Positions 53,823 through 62,504 of a DNA stretch of 64,000 nt are shown here, in pieces; positions within the stretch are counted from its first letter, which is position 1; each line of letters begins with the position of its first letter. The notes beneath the pieces are model-generated. The model was not told the DNA's origin. It worked only from the letters and a program-made list of their open reading frames with translations, and searched no databases. A program made the translations under genes and the position numbers. The DNA lies in the sequence record LC680884.1. The stretch is one strand, 5' to 3'.

Positions 53823-55313
53823 TTAAGATTCAATAACTTCATCAATTGAGATATCATCAATATTCAAATTAATTTCTGGTTCTTCTGTAAAATGCATATA
53901 ACTATTCTCAGGAAGTTCTAAGAAAGGAGTCAAAGAACCACTGGCTCCCGGATCACCAGCAGAAGTAGAAGTTAAACCTAATCTCCCTAAGTAAGATGGA
54001 TGAAGTCCTCTAAGTTTATTGTTTGTACTATTAGAACTAAAAGGACTTTGTGGACCAGATTGTGTATATCTTAGAATCAGCGTGAAAAGACTAATGCTAT
54101 TTACACTATTATCATAACGTAATAATTCATTATTGATAATTTTCTTTACTAGGAAACCTTCTTGGATGTTACTAAAAATCGTTTTAATCTTCTCAAACTT
54201 ATTAGAATTACGATTATTTAAAACACGATAAGTACCTTTACTGAATTTGATTAGTAATGGATGTAAGAGATACTCATATAGTCTGATTCTCTTATTAGCC
54301 AAGTTCATGTTATCTTGTTTTACTAAAGCAAGATAATTATTAATCATCCATCTAACTACTGAATAAATATCTTCCTTATTCTTTTCCTCTGTACGCAAAA
54401 TTTTCTTAGTCCATTCATCAAGAATACGTTCAAATGAAAGAATAATTCCTTCTCCTTTTTCTTGCTTATTACTATTATTAGTAGTAAAGTAACCACCGAG
54501 TTTCTTCACCCAATAATCTTTTTCATAAATCTTATCAATTTTAATTCTAGTATTAAAGCAGTTAAGTAATGTGGCAATAATAATCTGATTATTTTTATTA
54601 CTAAAGAAATTCTTATCAACAACTAAGGAAATATTTTTAGTAATCATAAAAATTACATTATCATTAATTTCATCTTCATCCAATTGATCTAAATCTTCTT
54701 TCATTAAGACATGAATTAAATCTTGTAAACCAAAATATTCAAGAGTTCCTTCAAATCCAAATTTAGAGAAGAAGTATATTAAGAATGGAACTTTACTCTT
54801 AAATAAATCAAGATCAACATTTAACATTGTATGTGTTTCACCATTAATATCATCAAATGTCTCTTTCTTTTCTCTTAGAACAATTGGCATAAGTAATGTT
54901 TTAAGTGTGAGAGCCTTATTAGTACGATAAGTACCACTATCAAGTAATTGATAGATTGGATAATATCTATTACCATTAATAATAAAGTACTGTGAATCAA
55001 TTAATTTTGGAAAGTAAATAAATTTATTTATTTCTTCTTTCTTATCATCTTTTTCAATAAGGAAGGACATTTTAATTAATTGCAATTCTGAACGTTCAAT
55101 ATCAGATGTCTTCTCTTCTTTATTAAATTTATATACTTTATTAATTGGTTCTACAGATGATCCAAGATATGTAATCTCTGGGATGATCTCTAACGTCTTA
55201 CAAATAGGATCTAAATAATTTAAAATACTTTCATTCTCTTTATTAAGAATAAGATTTTCATTAAATTTTTCTTGATTCTTATTACCATGAAACTTTCTAA
55301 AATTACTGATCAC
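53823..55313 (-). CDS. rpoB: Non-virion RNA polymerase beta subunit, N-terminal half (AR9 gp105-like)
   Basis: 496 aa; FIINGNRYYPIYQL (FIINGxERV..QL), LRGLHPSYLGRL (RDVHPTHYGRV), SAGDPGASGSL. Confidence 0.95.
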   Translation of the reverse strand: MISNFRKFHGNKNQEKFNENLILNKENESILNYLDPICKTLEIIPEITYLGSSVEPINKVYKFNKEEKTSDIERSELQLIKMSFLIEKDDKKEEINKFIYFPKLIDSQYFIINGNRYYPIYQLLDSGTYRTNKALTLKTLLMPIVLREKKETFDDINGETHTMLNVDLDLFKSKVPFLIYFFSKFGFEGTLEYFGLQDLIHVLMKEDLDQLDEDEINDNVIFMITKNISLVVDKNFFSNKNNQIIIATLLNCFNTRIKIDKIYEKDYWVKKLGGYFTTNNSNKQEKGEGIILSFERILDEWTKKILRTEEKNKEDIYSVVRWMINNYLALVKQDNMNLANKRIRLYEYLLHPLLIKFSKGTYRVLNNRNSNKFEKIKTIFSNIQEGFLVKKIINNELLRYDNSVNSISLFTLILRYTQSGPQSPFSSNSTNNKLRGLHPSYLGRLGLTSTSAGDPGASGSLTPFLELPENSYMHFTEEPEINLNIDDISIDEVIES

Positions 55314-55526
55314 AAATGTTTTCCTCCTATAATATTATTATATAATTATTTTATTAAAATTTAATATATAATAATATTAATTTTATATTATTACCTATCA
55401 AAACCTATATTATATTTTTATGAGTTTACATAAAAAGTTAGGAGAATAATTTATAATTCTCTACTTATTATAACATAAAATTCAATGAAATGGAAATAAA
55501 AATAAATTTTTTTTTAATAAAAGAAT

Positions 55527-55560
55527 TATTAGTGTATAGGAATATTCCTATACACTAATA
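55527..55560 (-). terminator. Perfect 34-bp palindrome after ugi
   Basis: TATTAGTGTATAGGAAT|ATTCCTATACACTAATA. Confidence 0.8.
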
Positions 55561-55567
55561 TTTATAC

Positions 55568-55822
55568 TTATAACATTTTAATTTTATTTTCTCCATTACT
55601 GTCTTGAATTACTAAAGCCCAAGGTTTATATTCTGGAGCATCTGAAGTTAATAGCATTACATTTTCATCTGTACTTTCATCATAAGCAGTATGAACTAAA
55701 ATATCACTTTCTGGTTTATTCCCAATTACTTCCTCTACTTCTTCTGGTAACATTAGAATTGATTCTTGAATCACTAGTTGTTTTCCTGTTTCTTTTTCAA
55801 TGATGTCAGATAAATTTGTCAT
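55568..55822 (-). CDS. ugi: Uracil-DNA glycosylase inhibitor (DNA mimic)
   Basis: Recognised as the 84-aa PBS1/PBS2 Ugi, MTNLSDIIEKETGKQLVIQESILML..NGENKIKML; SD AGGAGG. Confidence 0.99.
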   Translation of the reverse strand: MTNLSDIIEKETGKQLVIQESILMLPEEVEEVIGNKPESDILVHTAYDESTDENVMLLTSDAPEYKPWALVIQDSNGENKIKML

Positions 55823-55949
55823 GTTGAAATTCCTCCTAATTTTTGTATTACTTGTATATTCCCAATTTAAATTCTCTCTTTCTATTATACCGATTTTAAT
55901 ATAATTTACATTTTAAACACCTCCTTTAATTACTTATTTTATCTTATAA

Positions 55950-55962
55950 ATAATATATATTT
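55950..55962 (-). promoter_or_regulatory. Early promoter motif upstream of ugi
   Basis: AAATATATATTAT. Confidence 0.7.
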
Positions 55963-56072
55963 TCATAACTTTTTAAATATTATAATTTGCATGTAACAAA
56001 TATATAAATAAATTTCTATAGTTCTCCCCTATATATTTTTCGAAAAAATTAAAAAATATATGTGGGTTCTAG

Positions 56073-56084
56073 AACAAATTTATA
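56073..56084 (+). promoter_or_regulatory. Late-type promoter upstream of HU (a second copy lies at 55995..56006)
   Basis: AACA-AATTTA-TA and AACA-AATATA-TA. Confidence 0.55.
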
Positions 56085-56167
56085 GAAAAATTCTTAATCA
56101 GAATCTTGTTTATAAGATATTGATTTAGGATAAAATAAAAATTATAAATTCTAAGGAGGACATTATA

Positions 56168-56464
56168 ATGAATGTCAATCAAATCGCACAACATATTAAA
56201 GAAGAAGTACCGGGAGTTACTAAAAAACAAGCTGAGGAAATGTTTAATGCTTTTGTAGGATTGATCTACAAAGAAGTTAACAAAGAACAAGAAACAACTG
56301 TTTCTATTCCTAAACTTGGTAAATTCACTGTAACTTATCGTGAATCTTATGAAGGACATAACCCTAGTACTCGTGAACCAATGACAATTCCTGCTTCACG
56401 CCGAGCTTCATTTAAAACTTTTGATACACTTAAAAAGCACCTTCAAGAACCTTTAAAAAAATAA
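56168..56464 (+). CDS. hup: HU/IHF-family histone-like DNA-binding protein
   Basis: TKKQAEEMFNAF, VSIPKLGKF, EGHNPSTREPMTIPASRRASFK; SD AAGGAGG. Confidence 0.93.
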   Translation: MNVNQIAQHIKEEVPGVTKKQAEEMFNAFVGLIYKEVNKEQETTVSIPKLGKFTVTYRESYEGHNPSTREPMTIPASRRASFKTFDTLKKHLQEPLKK

Positions 56465-56473
56465 ATTTAAAAT

Positions 56474-56513
56474 GAAGTAATCATAGTAGATATAGGTCTA
56501 CTATGATTACTTC
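56474..56513. terminator. Bidirectional terminator
   Basis: 17-bp stem GAAGTAATCATAGTAGA / TCTACTATGATTACTTC. Confidence 0.85.
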
Positions 56514-56517
56514 TTGA

Positions 56518-56763
56518 TTATGCTTTCTTATATGCATATTTACTTAATATCTTTACTAACTTTTTTTCATTTGTAATTTTTTCATCAAAGTATTTTATTT
56601 CCTGACCATCCCTCCAAATTTCTACATGTGGATAATTTATCCAATCATCTTCTAATAATAAAATTACATATTCCCTTGCAACTTTTCTCACATCGGTAGT
56701 TACTAGTATATTCTTTCTACGGTGATACTCACCTTCTAGAAGTACTAAAATTGGTTTTTCCAT
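56518..56763 (-). CDS. Hypothetical protein
   Basis: SD GGGAG gives a start at 56763. Confidence 0.6.
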   Translation of the reverse strand: MEKPILVLLEGEYHRRKNILVTTDVRKVAREYVILLLEDDWINYPHVEIWRDGQEIKYFDEKITNEKKLVKILSKYAYKKA

Positions 56764-56878
56764 ATTTTTCTCCCGCAATATAATTTACAATTATTTCCAC
56801 TACATTATAACCAGATTGCATTCCTAAAATGATATCTCTAAATAATACATAACTATTGATTAACAAATATTAAGCCTC

Positions 56879-57682
56879 CTAGCTAATATTATAATCTTTG
56901 TTTGTTTTCTCTTCTAAATGTTTACCCTTTACATAACCTCTTCTCCAATATTTAGTTCCATCTTTACGGTGTACCCAATGACCTCTGACTTCAAATTGCT
57001 TGGTGATTTTACTACCTCTTTTATTTGATTCTTTTTCCCTAATATATCTTTTAATTAATTCTTTTGAGTTTAAATTAATAGTGCCACTTGCTTTTTGATA
57101 TTCCCTTTTAACACGTCTTCTTTCTTCTCTTGGAAGACTCTTATTATCAATAATTTTTACACTGTAACTTCCATTGATATAATCTAGCCATACCATTAGA
57201 TTTACAAATAAATCAAATGATGCTAAATTATCAGATAACATTCCTTCACCATGAATTCCTCCAAGAATACCATTTTCTAAAGTAATATAATTATTGTATA
57301 ATTTCTTTTCTTCATTATCAAGAATATGTGAAGTAATATAAATAGTTCCTTTAATCTTTGTAATGAAGATCCTAATAATCTCATATCTTTCTTTCTTACC
57401 TAGTGGAACTAAACCATCTCCATTATTAAAGATAATTTCCATATTATCAAAAGGTAGATATAATTCTAATGTATCATCTTTAAAATCTTTTTTAAACTTT
57501 CTGAATGCTTTTTCATACATTTTATTATCTAAATTCTTTGCAAAATTTTCAAAATCAGAAAAGTTAAATGTTTTAAAATGCCCTTTATAACTTCTTGCAA
57601 TTTCTCTTATGTAATCATTTTTCTTTCCTTGTTCTTGTAAAGCAACTTTGAATACCCTTTCAACTTGTCTTTTAGTAATCAT
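56879..57682 (-). CDS. Hypothetical protein with a C-terminal VRGHW motif
   Basis: 267 aa; KQFEVRGHWVHRKDGTKYWRRGYVKG is a basic motif of a type recurrent in phage proteins. Confidence 0.7.
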   Translation of the reverse strand: MITKRQVERVFKVALQEQGKKNDYIREIARSYKGHFKTFNFSDFENFAKNLDNKMYEKAFRKFKKDFKDDTLELYLPFDNMEIIFNNGDGLVPLGKKERYEIIRIFITKIKGTIYITSHILDNEEKKLYNNYITLENGILGGIHGEGMLSDNLASFDLFVNLMVWLDYINGSYSVKIIDNKSLPREERRRVKREYQKASGTINLNSKELIKRYIREKESNKRGSKITKQFEVRGHWVHRKDGTKYWRRGYVKGKHLEEKTNKDYNIS

Positions 57683-57710
57683 CTAATCCTCTCTCCTTTA
57701 AATAAATATA

Positions 57711-57736
57711 ACAGAAGGTTTATTTAAACCTTCTGT
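57711..57736 (-). terminator. Terminator hairpin
   Basis: ACAGAAGGTTTA-TT-TAAACCTTCTGT. Confidence 0.75.
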
Positions 57737-58272
57737 CATTCTTCATCTTCATCTGGATTTAACTCTAAATCTCCACCTGCTAAAATATTGGTAATATCAG
57801 CATAGTTTACGGGGAGTAAATCATAATCATCTGAATCAACAAATTCTGCCATTAAATCTACCATTTCATCTGATTCTCTTGTAAAGTTTACATAATAAGA
57901 TGGATCAAAATAATGTACTACTAAACGATCAAATATTAGAAAATCAAATACATGTCCTTTATCTGTTTCAATAGCCTTTTCTTGAATTTCTTCATCTGCC
58001 AATTGAAGTTTATTCTTAAAATAATCTCTTAAGACTTTTACACCAGCTTCATGCTGAGTATTAGGTTGACAAATAGGACATGTAATACTTCTTTCAAGTA
58101 AATGCTGTAATTTAAATTCAACATCATGAAGATCTTTTTCAAAAATTTGATGACGGTGCGTTACTTTTACTATTTCATCAAGCTCAAATTCTTCTCTATC
58201 ATCTTTAAGCACATAATCATTTGATCTTCTTTCCCATAGTTGGTCAATTACATCTTGTCTATTAATAGACAT
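57736..58272 (-). CDS. Zinc-ribbon plus degenerate PD-(D/E)xK-like protein
   Basis: CPIC followed by QHEAGVKVL..HVFDFLIF..VVHYFD, which parallels the intron endonucleases; acidic tail. Confidence 0.5.
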   Translation of the reverse strand: MSINRQDVIDQLWERRSNDYVLKDDREEFELDEIVKVTHRHQIFEKDLHDVEFKLQHLLERSITCPICQPNTQHEAGVKVLRDYFKNKLQLADEEIQEKAIETDKGHVFDFLIFDRLVVHYFDPSYYVNFTRESDEMVDLMAEFVDSDDYDLLPVNYADITNILAGGDLELNPDEDEE

Positions 58273-58303
58273 ATATTAACCTCCTTTTTATATTAGTATA
58301 AAC

Positions 58304-58333
58304 AAATTAGGGAAGAATATTCTTCCCTAATTT
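58304..58333 (-). terminator. Perfect 30-bp palindrome
   Basis: AAATTAGGGAAGAAT|ATTCTTCCCTAATTT. Confidence 0.8.
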
Positions 58334-58345
58334 TTCATTTCCCAA

Positions 58346-58492
58346 TTATTTATTCTCTAATTTCTTTTGTTCCTTCTTAGCAACATTTAATTTAAATCCT
58401 TCTTCATTAATAACTATATTTACACCGCCATGATTAAAGTTGATGTTCATGTCTTTAATCTTCTCTAAAAGTATACCGATTTTTTCTTTCAC
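58346..58492 (-). CDS. Small protein (48 aa), absent from the ORF track
   Basis: SD AAAGGAG, GTG start, MKEKIGILLEKIKDMNINFNHGGVNIVINEEGFKLNVAKKEQKKLENK. Confidence 0.65.
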   Translation of the reverse strand: MKEKIGILLEKIKDMNINFNHGGVNIVINEEGFKLNVAKKEQKKLENK

Positions 58493-58507
58493 TTTATTCT
58501 CTCCTTT

Positions 58508-58711
58508 TTATCGAATAAGATCAATTAAATCATCATAATAAAAATCCACTTCATGACTACCATGACCGTGTCCATATTCCCAAGCAAGTTCAAATAATTT
58601 TTCTCTTTTAGGATGATTAGAAGTATTATAGAATTTTTCAAGTTCTCTTTTTAATTCATCCTTATCCAATTTTGTTACTCTTCCAACTCCAATAGAATCA
58701 GATAAACTCAT
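58508..58711 (-). CDS. Small hypothetical phage protein
   Basis: 67 aa, AWEYGHGHG..EVDFYYDDLIDLI; SD AAAGGAG. Confidence 0.75.
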   Translation of the reverse strand: MSLSDSIGVGRVTKLDKDELKRELEKFYNTSNHPKREKLFELAWEYGHGHGSHEVDFYYDDLIDLIR

Positions 58712-58744
58712 TGAAATTCTCTCCTTTACAAATTGATCAGTATA

Positions 58745-58782
58745 ATAATATATATTTATATTTCTATTAGAACAATTTAATA
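58745..58782. promoter_or_regulatory. Divergent early (minus strand) and late (plus strand) promoters
   Basis: AAATATATATTAT on the minus strand at 58745..58757; AACA-ATTTAA-TA on the plus strand at 58771..58782. Confidence 0.7.
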
Positions 58783-58810
58783 AAAAGTATAAAATTGGAG
58801 GTTTATATTT

Positions 58811-59617
58811 ATGGACTTAACAACCGACTTTCTTATTAGTCTAAATGAAGAGAACATTTTCTTAATGAACTTAATTAATGAAATGAATCTTGAAGAAAGA
58901 AATTTAATTATCAAGCATCACAATAACCTACTTAAAGAAAATACTGAATTACTTAATGAGGGTTTATCTAATGGATTAAAAAAGATCATCAAAAAATTGT
59001 CTGAATTGATCCAGAGGATAAAAGAATGGATTAATACACAGCTTAAGAAATTTGCTTCTAAATTAGCCAAAAAGACATCAGAATTAGAAAAGAAGATTCA
59101 CGAAAGTGACTTTACAAGTGGAAAGAAAGTTACAATTGAAATTGATCCAGACAAAATATTAAAAACTATTAGTTCATTTTCAGATGATCCTTATTACAAA
59201 AAACTAATGGATAGTCATAATCGAATGTCTACCATTACTGATCCATCTCAATTTAGTATTCTTAAAACATCTATGGATGTATCTTTAGATGGCTTAAGTC
59301 GATCAATTGGTGAAAAACTTGATAATAAAAGTAGTTCATCTTATACTACAAAAGATATTGATAAACTATTAACATTCTTAAAATTATCTTATAAAAATAT
59401 TGCTGAAGTGGAAGGAACAATGAAAGAATTAAAAGATAATCTTTCTGTAATTAAAGAAAGAATTTCAAGAATGGATAACTATGAATTAAGTTATCTCATT
59501 GGATCAAGTTCCATTCATGTTCACTCAGAATTAATTAAACTTAATTCTAAAATACTAGCATCTCTATCTAAAGTTGTATCATCTATTAATGGTGCTATTA
59601 TATCCATGGTAAATTGA
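58811..59617 (+). CDS. Putative virion head protein with a propeptide (similar to 126..935)
   Basis: 268 aa, late promoter, LLKE/LLNE motifs then LKKIIKKLSELIQRIKEWINTQLKKF. Confidence 0.55.
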   Translation: MDLTTDFLISLNEENIFLMNLINEMNLEERNLIIKHHNNLLKENTELLNEGLSNGLKKIIKKLSELIQRIKEWINTQLKKFASKLAKKTSELEKKIHESDFTSGKKVTIEIDPDKILKTISSFSDDPYYKKLMDSHNRMSTITDPSQFSILKTSMDVSLDGLSRSIGEKLDNKSSSSYTTKDIDKLLTFLKLSYKNIAEVEGTMKELKDNLSVIKERISRMDNYELSYLIGSSSIHVHSELIKLNSKILASLSKVVSSINGAIISMVN

Positions 59618-59623
59618 AAAAAA

Positions 59624-59660
59624 AAAATAAAGAGATTCTATAATAGAATCTCTTTATTTT
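59624..59660. terminator. Bidirectional terminator (18-bp stem, 1-nt centre)
   Basis: AAAATAAAGAGATTCTAT-A-ATAGAATCTCTTTATTTT. Confidence 0.85.
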
Positions 59661-59663
59661 ATA

Positions 59664-61709
59664 TTAGCTAATTCCCATTTCTTCTTTAAACTCATCTACA
59701 CTTACAATTCGAATTCCATATTCTCTTGCTTTCTTTAATTTAACTGTATTTCCGTTTGGATTAGGGGTTACAACAATATTAGTTTTTCTTGAGACTGCAC
59801 TTGTAATTTTATGACCAGCCATCTCTAATTGAATTTGCATTGCTTCGTCACGGAAGTTAGTAAAAACAATCTTCATAGCTTGTACTCCAGCCATTTTTTC
59901 ATATTCTGTTTTAAAGACTTTATGTTCTCTTTTTAATAAAAATTCAATTGTCTCTTTATTCTTTTGTAAACCCTCTACAATATAGTTAGCAGTAATATCA
60001 GAAAATCCTTCTTGCTGAGTGATACTGTTAATTAAATTTTCAGGATAATAACTCTCAAGTATATCAAGCATTTCTTGAACAGAAAATACTTTACAAAGTT
60101 CTTTAGCTTTGGATGTGGAAAAACTACTAATACCTAATGCACCAATAATTTCATAGTCATATGGAATTTTACTATTAATAGCACCACTAATATTAATTGA
60201 AGCAATTGCTCCTAAACCGTCTACTTCAGCAATCTTTCCATAATCCATTGTATAAAGATCAGTGATACTTTTTACTAATCCTGCATTATGAAGTTTGACA
60301 ATAGTTGATTCTTTAATTCCTTTAATATCCATCTTAGTCAAATAGTTCTGAATTTTGCCTACTGTTTTACCCTCACATGTTTCATTCTTACAATATGCAA
60401 ATGCTCCAGTTTTAGTAATTCCAACTTCACCGCCACATACTGGACATTTATCAGTATAAGGATGAGGAGAAATATTTTTATTGTGTTCATTTAAAATTGG
60501 AACGACATAGCTGAGACAATCATTGCGATACTGAACTAGAATTTGGCTACCAATTCCTAAACCTAACTCTTTAAATCTTTTATAGTTCTGAAGAGATTGT
60601 TTTCGGTGTTCAGTTCCATTAAAAGTTACTGGTTCATACCAGACTCTTGCAGTAATAATTCCTGAGTCACCTAATGTAAAATCAAAATCAGTTACAGTAG
60701 TAGTTTTTTCCATATAAGGGAATTTTAAAGCAGTCGCCCAGTTAGGTTCATCATTTACATACCCTAATGTATTTCTAATATCTTCTTCTAATACTTCAAT
60801 AACTAAACCATCTATCATAAATGGAAGATTATATCTTTCAATATTATATTTTTCATACATATCTTCTAATTCTTCCATAAAAGGAGTTAAATTATTTCCT
60901 GTTACTCCTTCAATCAATCTATAATCACTGAATAAACTATTATCTTCCCCAAATGCTTCTTCAATAAATTCTAGCTGTTCAGTTCTTTCCATTGTTGAAT
61001 TGTAAGGTTTTACCCATAATGGAACTAATTCCATATATTTATAATACTCATAAGCATTATCGTCACCTAATTTACCAGATACTAATGATCTAGGATTAGC
61101 ATATGATACACCAGTATCTTTCATTAAGTCTTCATAACGTTTCCAAGGAATAATGATTTCATATTTGATTCCTACATGATCTTTTCTTTTAATAGTATGA
61201 TCTTTAAAGACATGAGTTAAATCCATTCCTAGACCATTTCTACCTCTTGTTAATGCTCTAACTACTTTTCCATCTTTATATTCAATAACAACCGAATTAC
61301 CATCAAATTTAAAACTGATACCTAGACTAAATTCTTTATCATTCCCTAACTTTTTGATAATATTGTTTAGCCATTCTTCTACACTCTTCTTGCTTGGATC
61401 ATCAACGTTCTTTTCATAAATAAAATTTGTTTTATCTAATGTACCAACTAACTCAGCAAATGTATGAGATACATCTACTGTTCCTTTTCCTTTAGGTGGA
61501 TTAGCACCTACATCTAATTTACCACCTAAACGTTTAAATTCTCTGGCAATGGCATCAAATTCATCATCAGATAAGATTTCTTGCCCAGTGTTATAATAGG
61601 CTTCTGAAGCCTTATCTAGAAATGATTTGACCTCTTCTAATTTTTCTGCACTCAAATTTTTCTTTTGTTTAAGACTTATAATGAATTTCTGAATTTTAAG
61701 TTTATCCAA
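59664..61709 (-). CDS. ligA: NAD+-dependent DNA ligase
   Basis: KFDG adenylation motif, ALTRGRNGLG, IDGLVI, WATALKF, OB fold, CPVC zinc finger, HhH repeats, C-terminal BRCT. Confidence 0.96.
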   Translation of the reverse strand: MDKLKIQKFIISLKQKKNLSAEKLEEVKSFLDKASEAYYNTGQEILSDDEFDAIAREFKRLGGKLDVGANPPKGKGTVDVSHTFAELVGTLDKTNFIYEKNVDDPSKKSVEEWLNNIIKKLGNDKEFSLGISFKFDGNSVVIEYKDGKVVRALTRGRNGLGMDLTHVFKDHTIKRKDHVGIKYEIIIPWKRYEDLMKDTGVSYANPRSLVSGKLGDDNAYEYYKYMELVPLWVKPYNSTMERTEQLEFIEEAFGEDNSLFSDYRLIEGVTGNNLTPFMEELEDMYEKYNIERYNLPFMIDGLVIEVLEEDIRNTLGYVNDEPNWATALKFPYMEKTTTVTDFDFTLGDSGIITARVWYEPVTFNGTEHRKQSLQNYKRFKELGLGIGSQILVQYRNDCLSYVVPILNEHNKNISPHPYTDKCPVCGGEVGITKTGAFAYCKNETCEGKTVGKIQNYLTKMDIKGIKESTIVKLHNAGLVKSITDLYTMDYGKIAEVDGLGAIASINISGAINSKIPYDYEIIGALGISSFSTSKAKELCKVFSVQEMLDILESYYPENLINSITQQEGFSDITANYIVEGLQKNKETIEFLLKREHKVFKTEYEKMAGVQAMKIVFTNFRDEAMQIQLEMAGHKITSAVSRKTNIVVTPNPNGNTVKLKKAREYGIRIVSVDEFKEEMGIS

Positions 61710-61773
61710 TGTTGATTCCTCCTTTAAAATTTTTTGTTGCTATATTTCATTTATATTGAAATTATTTCCTATA

Positions 61774-62055
61774 TTATACATCTAATTCTTCTACAAAAGC
61801 AGTACCTTGGAAGGCAGAACTATTTTTCAGTACTTTCTTAATGGCAGTATGATTAGCTGGGCGACTATTTAATTTTTTCTCGCTCAACATATCATATGCC
61901 ATTACTAATGCATATTCAGCATCATTTCTTTTTTGTCTTTCTTCTTCTAATGATCTTTTAAGACCATCCTGCATATAAAGAACTGCCTCTCCCAACCAAT
62001 CAGGATTTTCTTTAATAGTGTTATGAACGAATTCTAAGAAATATTGTTTTTCCAT
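61774..62055 (-). CDS. Hypothetical protein
   Basis: 93 aa, SD GGGGGA. Confidence 0.7.
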   Translation of the reverse strand: MEKQYFLEFVHNTIKENPDWLGEAVLYMQDGLKRSLEEERQKRNDAEYALVMAYDMLSEKKLNSRPANHTAIKKVLKNSSAFQGTAFVEELDV

Positions 62056-62100
62056 TTTTAATTATCCCCCTAATTATGTAATAAGAGATCTTGATATCAA

Positions 62101-62337
62101 TTAGATATCAAGATCATCTTTACAATCTTCTAAAATGTCAAATAATAATTGAACATCATCATAATTCAATGTAATTCCTTTACCCATCTTGCTTCGGTCT
62201 TCATTCCAATCCCGAATATCTAATTTAGGTTTTCCATTATTCCATTTAACAATATTAACCTGCTTTGTCCAACCATTTTTACCTTCTGAAAGTACTCCTA
62301 ATTCTTTTACTATCTCAAATGTTACTTCTTTTCCCAT
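62101..62337 (-). CDS. PC4/YdbC-family ssDNA-binding protein
   Basis: GVLSEGKNGWTKQVNIVKWN..KLDIRDWNEDRSKMGKGITL. Confidence 0.92.
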   Translation of the reverse strand: MGKEVTFEIVKELGVLSEGKNGWTKQVNIVKWNNGKPKLDIRDWNEDRSKMGKGITLNYDDVQLLFDILEDCKDDLDI

Positions 62338-62339
62338 AG

Positions 62340-62504
62340 TTAATTCCCCTCTAATTTCTTAATTTTTAATTTTAACTCTTTAATAGTGTTATCTCGTCTT
62401 TCAATTATTTCTTCATAATGAAATAATCTCTGTACAGCATATAAAGGATTCTTCTTTACCCACCTAAATGTTTTAATCCATTCTCTTAGATTATCTTTTT
62501 CCAT
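62340..62504 (-). CDS. Small basic protein (54 aa), absent from the ORF track
   Basis: MEKDNLREWIKTFRWVKKNPLYAVQRLFHYEEIIERRDNTIKELKLKIKKLEGN fills the gap between the macrodomain and PC4 genes. Confidence 0.6.
   Translation of the reverse strand: MEKDNLREWIKTFRWVKKNPLYAVQRLFHYEEIIERRDNTIKELKLKIKKLEGN

Noticed and set aside
55330-56150. Very AT-rich gaps around ugi as a replication origin
   Set aside because: No iterons or DnaA boxes seen; promoter motifs and terminators explain the composition.
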